Shown here one piece after another: positions 30,338-43,400 of a stretch of 64,000 bases of DNA. Below the pieces are notes generated by a model that was given only the letters and a program-made list of their open reading frames with translations, searched no databases and was not told the DNA's origin. Position numbers and translations under genes: made by a program. The DNA is from Antedon mediterranea (Eukaryota > Animalia > Echinodermata), in NCBI RefSeq assembly GCF_964355755.1, contig NC_092679.1, positions 22,241,432 to 22,305,431 on the forward strand, given 5' to 3'. Numbering within the stretch: position 1 is the stretch's first letter; each line of letters starts with the position of its first letter.

Positions 30338-31467
30338 GGTGTCCTAAAGGAGGGGTTCTGCTGTATACTATAAAGTGTATATACTATTACTATGATTTGA
30401 TTTGATTTGATTTATTTCGGCATCAGTACATAAAATATCACAGACATACAATTAAAATTGGCAAATATAAAAATACCAAAATAAAACAAGGATGCCAAGG
30501 ATAACTCATAAAAGTCCTCTACGGACTTGTTTCCAATGAGGTCCTTTGAAAGAACTATAGTATGAAGGGTCAGATAGGTGTCCTAAAGGAGGGGTTCTGC
30601 TGTATACTATAAAGTGTATATACTATTACTATAGTATGAAGGGTCAGATAGGTGTCCTAAAGGAGGGGTTCTGCTGTATACTATAAAGTGTATATACTAT
30701 TACTATAGTATGAAGGGTCAGATAGGTGTCCTAAAGGAGGGGTTCTGCTGTATACTATAAAGTGTATATACTATTACTATAGTATGAAGGGTCAGATAGG
30801 TGTCCTAAAGGAGGGGTTCTGTTGTATACTATAAAGTGTATATACTATTACTATAGTATGAAGGGTCAGATAGGTGTCCTAAAGGAGGGGTTCTGCTGTA
30901 TACTATAAAGTGTATATACTATTACTATAGTATGAAGGGTCAGATAGGTGTCCTAAAGGAGGGGTTCTGCTGTATACTATAAAGTGTATATACTATTACT
31001 ATAGTATGAAGGGTCAGATAGGTGTCCTAAAGGAGGGGTTCTGCTGTATACTATAAAGTGTATATACTATTACTATAGTATGAAGGGTCAGATAGGTGTC
31101 CTAAAGGAGGGGTTCTGCTGTATACTATAAAGTGTATATACTATTACTATAGTATGAAGGGTAAGATAGGTGTCCTAAAGGAGGGGTTCTGCTGTATACT
31201 ATAAAGTGTATATACTATTACTATAGTATGAAGGGTCAGATAGGTGTCCTAAAGGAGGGGTTCTGCTGTATACTATAAAGTGTATATATACTATTACTAT
31301 AGTATGAAGGGTCAGATAGGTGTCCTAAAGGAGGGGTTCTGCTGTATACTATAAAGTGTATATACTATTACTATAGTATGAAGGGTCAGATAGGTGTCCT
31401 AAAGGAGGGGTTCTGCTGTATACTATAAAGTGTATATACTATTACTATAGTATGAAGGGTCAGATAG
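30338..31467. repeat. 74-bp minisatellite (~13 units) overlapping the RCE1 stop codon and 3' UTR
   Basis: Unit CTATAGTATGAAGGGTCAGATAGGTGTCCTAAAGGAGGGGTTCTGCTGTATACTATAAAGTGTATATACTATTA; 12 near-identical units from 30555 to 31444, a partial unit to 31467, and an interrupted unit at 30338-30392. Confidence 0.95.
30393..30553 (-). mobile_element. Short CR1/L2-type retroelement 3' end inserted into a minisatellite unit
   Basis: Minus-strand tail AAATAAATCAAATCAAATCAAATC; flanked by ACTAT on both sides (possible TSD); interrupts a copy of the 74-bp unit. Confidence 0.6.
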
Positions 31468-34400
31468 AGGAAACAATAGATATATAAATGAGCCAAGTCC
31501 AACTAAGAACATGATGGATACGAGTGCACTGATTGGTTTAATGTAAGAGAATATGTGTTGAAACTCAGGGAATCCCATAAAGTTGCAGAATGTATGGCAC
31601 ATACATATGCCAACAAGATGGCCTGAAAAATAAAAAAGAATTGGTCACATCAAAAAATATAAATGTGATATGGTGAAATGGTATACAAATAATGAATGTT
31701 TATGAGTTGGATGGTGAAAATATTTCATGAGTTGAAACATAGAGTGGTCAATTTTTCATTGAATGAGGTATCAATTCAACAATACAAAACATATACCATT
31801 TCATCATACCAGAATAATAAGTTATTTCTTTTCAAATTTATATGATAATTAAAACAGATTTTTAAAACATTTTCCTTACCTGTTCTTATAAATATAAAAG
31901 CACAAAATGTTCCAAATATTGTTGTATAAGTAAACTGAAAGACTAAAAGAAAAAACAACAAAATTATTGTCAGTAATTCAAGTACATAAAAATAATACAA
32001 TACAGATGTGTAATAGCGCCACCTATAGTATAAAAGATCAGGATACACCTCAGGGCGGTTTTCAAAAGAATGAAGTAGTAAAATTTCATTCAGTTCCAAA
32101 AAATTCTTGAGCTTCTAAAAAGTCAATGAAGCTCTATAGCTAGCAGGCCAGAAGATCCAGCTTAAACTTTACGACATTATATATAGTAAACAAAGTTTTA
32201 TATTCGTAAACACGAATAAAAATGTATACATGATGTTGAGAATAAAAAAGATATGACTTTAAATTAAATCTACATAAAAAGATACAGCATTGTTTTTTTA
32301 TAGATTTAGGTAGCGAAGACCAATATACAGGAAAACAGTGTATTAGGTGATTGTTTTAAGGCAACAGTACGGCAAAGGGATGAACAAAAGTTAAGCTCTG
32401 TCTACACTTACTATCAAACTTTATGCGACAACAAAATGTGATGTGCCCATATATGGACATGATGATGTCATATCCATATTTGGGTATATCACTACCATAT
32501 TTGGGAACATCATGAATACTAACCAAAGCCGGCAAGGATGTTCACTAGCTGTTCACGAGATCTAAATCTTTCTATAGCGTGGTGAGCATGAGCTGTGAAG
32601 AAGAAAGAAAGAAATCTTAGATATGCTAAGAAGTCAAATTAATTTATGACATTACATTTGTTTTTTAATATCATTTATGGCCTAAGAATGACCCTAGACA
32701 ATAGTTCTATAAATACTTAAAGGGGAGAGGAGGCAGGAAAAGTAATGAGGACAAATAAAGAAATAGGAAAAGAAAAAAGATTAAAAGAAGAAACTATAGC
32801 AGAAGAAGGATGATGATGATATGATGATGATATGATGATATGATGATATGATGATATGATGATATGATGATGATATGATGATGATATGATGATATGATGA
32901 TGATATGATGATATGATGATATGATGATGATATGATGATATGATGATGATAATGATGATATGATGATGATATGATGATGATATGATGATATGATGATGAT
33001 ATGATGATATGATGATATGATGATATGATGATATGATGATGATATGATGATATGATGAAGATATGATTATATGATGATGATATGATGATGATATGATGAT
33101 GATATGATGATATGATGATGATATGATGATGATATGATGATATGATGATGATATGATGATATGATGATGATATGATGATATGATGATATGATGATGATAT
33201 GATGATATGATAATGATATGATGATATGATGATAATGATGATGATAATAATGATGTTGATTACTTCAATTTTTGATGAGAAGGAATGGGTGAAGAAGTAA
33301 ATAAAAAGAACAAAACCAAAAGAAATGAAATGAAAAAAAAAGAAGAGAAAAAAGGCGAAAAAATACATAAAATAAAATGAATTAATCTTCATTTCTCATA
33401 ATATTAATCATCATACTCTAAAAGTCTACGACCTTGTGTTCTAGATAAATAAATAATGAGTTAAATAAAAACATTCTATGAAATCTAATATCAAAGTAAA
33501 CGTCACATACCTACACCAAATAGCAGAGGGCAAATGAATATAGATTTTAATGCTCCAAGACATGGAACGAGTAGAGGCAGCATACAGGCTCTGAATACAA
33601 ACTCCTCAGATATGGGCGCCTGAGGGTTGAATAACATACAAGAACTTAATATGCTAAATCTGGGTAAATAGCATGGCACTCAATGGACATCAAACACATT
33701 ATGAATGACATGTACGGATAAAGATGTTGATTGGTAGTGAAATAGATGGATAAAGGCTCTAGGCACAATCAACCATACATGTATTATAAAGTTTTCTATA
33801 GACACAGTTTACTGTGAGTGCAAATTAGTATTTTGTATATCGGCAATGTTGAGCCTATCACCAATATTCAATCTTTGGTGTGGAGGCTTTTATAGTTGAC
33901 TGTGCCGATAGTCAATCTTTGGTGTGGAGGCTATCATAGTTGACTGACCGATAGTCAGTCTTTGGTGTGGGGAGGCTATCATAGTTGACTGACCGATAGT
34001 CAGTCTTTGGTGTGGGGAGGCTTTCATAGTTGACTGACCGATAGTCAATCTTTGGTGTGGAGGCTATCATAGTTGACTGACTGATAGTCAGTCTTTGGTG
34101 TGGGGAGGCTATCATAGTTGACTGACCGATAGTCAATCTTTGGTGTGATTATATATGAAATTATACCTTTTGTACTAATAAATTAGCATTCATCTAATTA
34201 GTTTATATTATTAAAAAGAACATACATTATTTGGTGTGGACGCTATCATAGTTGACTGACCGATAGTTAATTTTTTGGTGTGGAGGCTATCGGTACAGTC
34301 AACTGTGCGTTTTAATGACCGTTGACCGTGCTTCTTTATTCTGTTGTCTATCTGCACAGACAACTGGGTATAAATATTAAATTTGTTTCTGTTAATATTT

Positions 34401-37400
34401 TACTCGTTTAATTGTTGAAAGTTTTAATCATGAGATTAAATAATTGTATGTTTAAATTTGTTTTCTGTTAATATTTTACTCATTTCATAGTTGAATGCAA
34501 GTTATCATAAACAATATATTGGGAGCAGTACTTCAAATTATGATTTCCAAAGTTTGTCTACTTGACTGTTTGGATTTCTCTATGTCACATCTTCAATAAA
34601 CTAACAAGGTATCTCAAAGACTCTAATAGCTCATATTGCTATAGGGGTTACATGCTTTGCAATACTCAGTCTTAAGATGGCATGTATAACGTTTATATTT
34701 ATGTTTGCTAAGTCAAAGTATATTTGTGTAGATTAATAAACTTGATTCCACGGCATTGAGACTGTTTCACTCAAATCTGTACCTGTATCGATTAATCATT
34801 TTTATAGATTTCAACAGAGAAAACGGATCACGTCAAATACAACATTGTATCAATCAATCATTTTGTAGATTTTAACAGAATAAAAAGAGAAAACTCCAAG
34901 GGATCATGTTAAAATAATGGAAGAAAAATGTTTTCCGCCATAATTTTGACATGGTCTTCAAAATGTACAAACACATGCTGAAAATAAATTATGACAAAGA
35001 GGGTCTTATCATCAATTCAGAATCAAACGTTATTGAAAAAGTTGAAATTTTGACACTTTGTATCATAAAGCTCTGTCTACACTATCAAACTAGTTTGACA
35101 AAAAATGTATGATGTGCCCAAATATGGAAATGATGATGTCACATCACTACCATATTTGGCTATATCACTTCCATATTTGGGCACATCACACTTTTTTTTG
35201 TCAAACTAGTGTAATAACTGTAGACAGAGTTTAAGGATGAAACATTGATACAAAACATGAATAATTTCCTTTTCATTTTTTTAGTATACACTACATTAAT
35301 GTAACAAAATAAGTTAAATATTTATTTTGCGTATCGTGAAATGGATGCCATCTTTACACTTCATTGACTGTCGGGACAGTCAAGAATTCAACCTGGGACT
35401 AAACTGTAATCTAATCAAATGAATCCATTAAGGAATGGGATTATAATATGAAATTATACTTTTGTACTAATAAAAAGTGTATTAATAAATCATCTAATTA
35501 GTTTATATTATTAAAAAGAACATACATTAATTGATGAATGGGTTTGAATTTTTCTACTCTGAATGCATAAACCTGAAATGTATGTGCAATGCATGACCGT
35601 AAATATTTAAATTATATTTTGATTTCTTATCAAATAAAAATTCTACTCACCACAATAAAATTTCTGATGAAAACTAAACTAAACAAGTCTTGATCAAACC
35701 AGAGATTTGGAGCTAACGTCGTTGATGCAAAGATGCAAAATAATAAAAATAAACAATACTATAAACAGTTGTAGTTGTCATTTGATTGGAGAATTGTGGG
35801 TCACATGATATTCAATAAATATTCTATTGAACTCTTAATTACATCATCAAGACAAAGAGTGCAATGTCGTTATATGAGTATAATTTGGTTTTGAACGTTC
35901 ATTATTTACTGATCATGTTTAAACCTGTAATGTGTGCCGTCTATAATTGTTCTACTCCACGTCCAAAATTCAAGCACTGCCTTTTCAAATGGTTTACGCC
36001 TTTTGGCTTACTGTCTCGTTAAAGTGTGACAAATAATAAATGTTTTTTATTCATGCAATGGAACAAATAATTTCATTCGGTAAAATATGAAAGTATTTTT
36101 ACTCAATGCTTCCATTTATGAACACATAAGCTCATTATTATTTATTAAACATGAAAGATGTCATGCTAGCACCTCCTTCTATCTTTTTGTTTAAAATTGA
36201 GTTTTTTAACTTTATAACTCCACTTCTTTATACCCAAAAATAGTGTAGATAGAAAAAAGGGTAGATCCGGGCTCAACATTTTTATTGTTGATTATAACCT
36301 TTACAACAACATCAGTAAATAATAATCCTGATAAAATTTATTTAAAAATACCTTTATTATAAAAAGATGAATACTCACAAAATAAACAATTTGATTGATA
36401 TAAATCAATTACCGTCATTGTTAATGGTCCAAGAAATAAAATCTGAAAAATATGAAAATAAAACATCATAAATATTCATCATTATTTTGCTTTCTTCATT
36501 GCGACGATGGAAGTTATATTTGGAAATAAAGTTGAAATACCCCATAATAGCAGTTCTACTAGACACCTTTAAGACCAAGAAAGTTTTGCTTTAATGGGAG
36601 TGTGTTATTAATAAATAGTATTAAACCGTCCCATTACGTCACATCAATTTACGGGAAATCATGTTGGAATTTATAATAAGTGATATTTATAACTTAAATT
36701 TTAAAAAGTAATAAATAAAATACAGTCTATCTTGCTTAACACTGAAGAACTCAGTACACATATTGGTTTTCAAACCAATGGTTTCTGAATTCTACTTATG
36801 GAAATAAAACACAATATGTATGAGGTTATAATAATGCATTCTCTTATATTCATTTTATACAGTTTATAATTTATTATTCCTGATTATTCATGATTTATAA
36901 ATCCGGTTAAAACTTTGGTTTTTTGTTACATACATACATTACACTCCATTCTCTCACTCATTGTATAAAGGTATCTGTTTAAAACTGCAGACTTTCATAT
37001 TTCACACATATGGTTGTTTCACATAGATGCATGTGTGCGTTATATTCATACTTCAATGATTAAGCAAAGCGGACGTGATGCGCACAAGGGAAGACATCCT
37101 AAAATGTCTAAAATTATGATTTAGTAAATAAAAATAATTTTTTTAAATTATTATTTTATATTTCTGCTCAACATTAGACTTTTTTTTTCCACTAGTATCT
37201 GTGTTTCTGTGAGTTCTATTTCCAGATAAATTCATTCAAACTAATTCAGTCATTCATTATTTCAGATATCAATTCATAGAATAACAAATTTGTTTTCATT
37301 TTAAAATGAAACCAAATTAAATTTTTTTTTTTTCAAAACTATGCTAAATTCAATTTTATAATTTGTTAAAAGTACAGTTTTCTTGTGTGAATGTATGTCA

Positions 37401-40400
37401 AAACGGTAACTATTTTTTGTCGGGTTGCTCATTCCTATAATAATTTATATTAAAAAGTTTTCTTATGTCGATATTTTTATTTGTACTGCAATACTTTTAT
37501 TGTCTTTAAATGTCATTTTTAATTATATAAATCTGTTTGTTCTCCTTGTTCTTTTTTATGTAAATCAAATATATATTTTATGGCGATCCTGTATTGGTGT
37601 TTTTCTTTAAATAAATAATAAAAAAATAAATAAATTATTTCTGTGATTGAAAAAAATGAAAAAAATACAAGAACTATATATGTTCAGAGACTTTGTTAAC
37701 ATTGGTGGGAAAAACTACTGTCAAATATATTTTGTTGGAAAAAGTCATACTGACTACCAAACAAATTGAATCACAGTCGTTCCTCTCCGTCCAAATCCGT
37801 CAATTAAATAAATATAAATCTCGGAAAGAACAATGAAATATCACTTTGTTTTCAATACGACAGCCACATGGTTCAACTAATTACTTAGCATTTTCAATTT
37901 CCTCTCTGGTTAGTTTTACAAGATTCTTTCCAATTAGTGTCACTCTGTTTTCTTACAAGTCGACGTTAGTTTCCAACTGTTTAAATTCCGCACTCTTGAA
38001 TTGTAAGAATTCCGATGAAAGAAAATTGGATTTGTTGACTGCCGCAGGCCATGAATCGCAATTATTAAATTGAATTGAAATTTCATAACAGACATTTATT
38101 GTAGGATATTGTATGAATTCAGTATATTTTCATTTTCACAAAAATGACTATTAAAAACAAAAAAAACATAATGAACATTTTTAGAACAAAGATTTTTAAA
38201 TAATCAATTGTTTTAGGCAAATGTTAATTGGTTGTTTTTCTAACTTTGGGGCATGGTCTATGTTGTTTGTGAATAAATTAAAATCTATGATTGGAAGAGA
38301 GTTTAAAAAAATGAAAATCAGAAAGAAGTAAACACGATCAGAGTTATCACGTACGAAGGACAAACCTTTAGAAACAACTGAAAAAACTAATTAAAGTAAC
38401 TATCAAGATAACAAGTAAAAAAATAGTATTCTGGATAGGATTACAGAAATTGACAGTGTTTACGGAATCGAAAATCAAGAAGGGCAAGTTGTCTCATTTT
38501 GCACGATGATTGAAGACACACCAAGTTCAATCATGCATGACAGACGATCTATTTTGAAAAAAAATACAAGCTAAATTAACGTTTGTAAAGTTGAAACGAG
38601 AAAATATATGTATCTATTTTATCTAGAGAAATCATTAATTGCAAATGCATTCAAGGTATACTACTTTAAGAAATTATGTGTAATTTTCTTTAAAATAAAG
38701 ATGTTACTATAAGTATAAATTTGTAATAAAATTGAGAATGAAATTTTTTAAAAACCCATGAATTTTATTCTTTCTTTAAATTGTTTTCAGGGATAAAAAT
38801 TGACTTTGTTATAATAATAATATGAATTACAAAACCTTTACTACAGTGAACCTCTATTAAGGGGACATCTTCAGGACCCAACGAAGTGTCCCTTAATTAA
38901 AGGTGTCCCTTCAATAAGGGTTGGTCATATAGTGTTAAAACGTTTTATTTATCCCCTCGTTCAATTTTACAGAAAATTGTCCACTAAAGAGGAGTGTTCA
39001 AAATGAAAAGTTCTACTACAATTGCAACAAATCGAACTAGCCAAAAAAATCTACTAGCATTAATAGCAAGTAAGCACATTTTCGCAAATTAATTACAAAA
39101 AGTTGAATTTGCAGAAATTTTCAGATTATAAGCCTCTTCAAAGTCTATTTCTTAACAAATTAAAACTAGCCAACATTAACTATAACTAAATTTTCAACTA
39201 GCAAATTGCGTAAAAAAAAATTATAGAAATAATTTCATCACAATGATCGTACAGAAAAGCTACATCTGGAGTATTTCACCATAATAGAATATTATTTGTT
39301 TTTCGCTACAATCCTGACATTGAACCGCTGGATAAGCTTGTGGCGTTTAGACTGAACAAGAATCATAATTGATGTTTACATTGCATCACCCAACACCGGA
39401 GTAAATTACCCGGGGCATTCGCGAGCTCGACAGGAACTTGAAACAGCCTTTAACTTCCACTCATCACAGTTGCTTCTTCAGATGTCGCTAAAATGTTCTC
39501 CTGAGGAGCGAGATAGCTAAAGAAAACATAACTGTCATCAAGGTAGTCATCGTTTCATTTCGCACTTGCCGAGGTTTGCTGTCACCCCGGGGGTCTCCCC
39601 GGGGATCCAATTAGGGTTCTGGTACTTTAACAGGGGTGGCATAGCAGTGATTGTGACTGATAGAATTCCTCGCTGGTACAAGTCAGTCAAATTATAAAGA
39701 TACAGATGCATGGCTTTGATGAAGTTGAAGTGTTGCAAAGTTTAATATATTGATAAAGTGATGTTTTGAAATCAAATCATAAACCTAGCTTTAATCTTTA
39801 TCAATTGATAGCGCATACGCAATCCAAAGAGCATACCTTTTGGCAAATGGTCAGAAAAGAAATAAATGGTCAGTAAAAAAAGAAGATGGTCAATAAAAAA
39901 ATGATAAAGAGTATTGATAGGTTTCGAACGCGAACGCTAACGCTACAGGCAGGCCAGGAGACTGAGCACAGACCGCTCAGCTATCCGACTAACTTACAAT
40001 GGAGTGATATCATAACCGCTTACTCTAATCAAACATAGATTGCGCATCGATCATCGTACTATTGATCGTCGTATTATTGATCGCGTCAAACGGACCACCG
40101 TGTTTGATAACTTTGTATTGTTCAACATACATTGTAATAATAATATCGTGAGGTAATTTCCCGATTGATCGTAATCAAAACGGTACTGGGTATGGTCTAC
40201 TAGTTTTTCTGCTCCCAACCAGTACATCCATTCATAGAAGCTTTGATGAAGTAAGCCTACCTGGTGGTGGCCATAGAACGGTCCCGAGATAACGACTATA
40301 CTTCGGCTTTAGTCGATAGAAGATTGAATAAATTGTTAGAGATAGAGTACACGATGTTATGATTATGTGTAGATATGTGATTTGTTCTTTTTATTCAAAT

Positions 40401-43400
40401 GATGTTATGTATTTAATGAATTTGAATACGATCAATCGGGAAATTACCTCACGACGTAATAATGTTACATAATTATTATTTTTCTTTTAATAAATTCAAA
40501 TAAATAAAGAATACTAAATAATAATAAATCTATATTAAAGCAAAACAAGTTTGAAAATACAAAAAGTGAAATTTATTTACAGTTAATAAATTATGGTATA
40601 ATTTAACTTTGAGTAATTTAAATTAAAAATTTTTATTTTAAATACAATAATATTTCTCAAATTTAAAATTAGCTAATGCCTATATAATTATTAATTTATT
40701 TACAAAATAAACGGGAAAAACACCCTTGCTTCAATTATATGTCATTTGAGACATTCAATATTTACTAATTAGTAAACATTAACAAATGTTACTGTTTTGA
40801 CATTTGACAAACATTCAGAGTATGTCTTGGTATGCTGATAACATTCTAACAATAATTTATTATACACTTCCACACATTACTAAGTTTTGATCATAGAGAT
40901 AATATCTCTATGGTTTTAATAAATCCCTAGAGATTGTGGAATACAGTAGCTACGTTTTAAATTGATTGTAAAATATAATATAACCTCTATTAAGGGAACA
41001 CCTTCAGACAATGTGACCTCTTACAAGGTGTTCCTGAATAGGAGTTGGCCGTTTTTCTTTAATGTAAAAACATTACTGTATATATTCCCCTTGTTCTTTT
41101 CAAAGGAAAGTGTCCCGTTAATAGAGGTGTCCCTGAATAGGGTGTCCCAATGGATGAGTTACTATAATTATTTTGTAAATTTTAAACTTTAACTTCAATT
41201 TCTCATTTTCTTTTCTCAGGAAAATGTCCCATTAATAGGTGTCCCTGAATAGCATGTCCCAATTTTAACTTTATCTTATATTTCTTTTTTTTTTTACCTT
41301 TTTTGTACAATATTTATAGTTTTTAGAAAGTTTGTACACTTTTATAAATTAGTATCGTCATTTTATTGTTGGGTGTGTCCCATAAAATTACCTTACGCTG
41401 GTTTTATAATCTTCTGAATTTTTATATATTTTTATTTGCTTTCATTTTGTGTACCTTCATTGCAATTCTTATAAAGTTTTAAATTGCACATACTTTATAA
41501 ATTGTTATACAGTATTTTTAATGTTACTCCATTGCTGAGGGCCAATAAAATACTCATGTTGACTGGGTCAACTTCTTAAATTTTGGTTTTTAATTATTAA
41601 ATAAATAAATACATTGCACACCAACACCAAATTACCAAAGGGCATAATGAGCGTTCTGGAAATAATAATACAAGCTATGAATATCTAAAATACTAAATCA
41701 TAAATCAAAATTATTATCATGTTCAAATCAACATTGTCTGACGTCAATAATGCTGAGCATGTGTGATGAGTAAATTATTTTATTCAAATTCTGTTACTCA
41801 AATGTTAAACTTTCTTCGACAACAGCTGATAAAAGTAATTGATGTATATTATTATTATTGCTATAAAAATATAATTTAATGCGAGCACATGGCCCAACAG
41901 AATAATAACCATGACCTTTTAATGAACCTCTAAATTATGATAATAAAAATATCATAATGTAATATATATTTATTCTAGTCCATTTCAAGCATGTACTGTA
42001 TGAGAAAATAAAGATGCGAGTTAAACATTATAACATTGTAAAAACAAGAGCACAAGTCCAGTCATTTCCAGAAGAGACGAGATTAAAATAAAAGCACTCA
42101 GAAACTGAGTGAAGTACTTGGCCAGATGTTTTGTAAGTATTTACCTATGTACACTGGCATTTTCAGAATGATAACTTGAGAATTGTAGGCATTATCATGC
42201 TAACAAACAAACAAAGCAAGTACAAAATTCTATTTTGCTAAGTAATAATTTGTTATCACCTTTTACTGGTCGTACAATGAACAGTAATATTAAAAGAAAC
42301 AGAATATTGATATGAAAGGCAGTGTTATAAATGTAAATACAGTATATAAGTTTTATTGCGTAAAAAGTAAAAGAATATGTTCATTCTTACTTATACGAGC
42401 AAGTGAGTGGCTGAGCGGTTAAAACTATGGAACTGTAATACGTAGCCATAAAATCAGCAGGGGTTCGAGCCTCACTCACTCCATGGTTCTGGTGGTAGAA
42501 CAAGTCTTCTCGGATAAAGATTATAAACTGTAAGTCCAGTGTCAAACAAAATGTGCACTTTAAAGAACCTACTACATTATTCGAGACAAGTAGGTGGTTA
42601 CCCCGGTGTACTAGTTCACACAGCCACAACTTTGCATTGATTTACTAGCTGCATTATGGGAGTACGTTGTTTGATCCAAAAAAATGACTGGGGTAATAAT
42701 GTTCAGCGCTTAGAGGTTTAATCCAGGATATTATATCATTATTATTATTACTTGGAAAGTAGGCCTTCTAGTAGGCCTCCTACTTCCGTAATAATCAATT
42801 TGTTGATTGTGGAACTTTTACGACGATGAAGAAATACTAGTAGTGAGTACCCGATGGCAATAACACAATATGTATGCCAATTGATAGACGATTTAAGTAG
42901 AGTCATTGACAAAATTATATTTCATTGAAGATTAAATACACATTTTTATATAATAACATAATGATAATACAATGAATGTTTAATGAGTTTAATATAGGTC
43001 ACAATTTTCAAGTCATGAAATAGTAATAATAGTATTGTAATATAATAATATATGTAAAAATAATATATGTAAAAATAATGTAATATTATAATATAATAAT
43101 ATTGGCACAGGTTCAAGTCCAGTGAAGTAGCAGAGTGGTTAGGACATAGGAATAATATCGGCAAAGGTTCAAGTCATTCTTTGATCATAGACCTGGTGGT
43201 AGGACACACCACAATTAACTTGGTATGTCATCTTTCAGAAAGAGTAGAAGGTTGAAGCATTTTTTTCAGTAAGTTCCAGTTCGGACCTTGTCATGGTGTC
43301 AATCAACCCTAGAGTGGGCTAAAAGATGATTATATTGTATGTTTTTCATATACTCACCATTGTTAGAAGTAAGGGGAGTGTGGCAGCTACTAAGAACCCG

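Noticed and set aside
30555-31467. CRISPR array
   Set aside because: Units are contiguous and near-identical with no unique spacers.
32781-33392. 203-aa His/Ile/Ser-rich ORF
   Set aside because: Translation of a compound microsatellite within an RCE1 intron.
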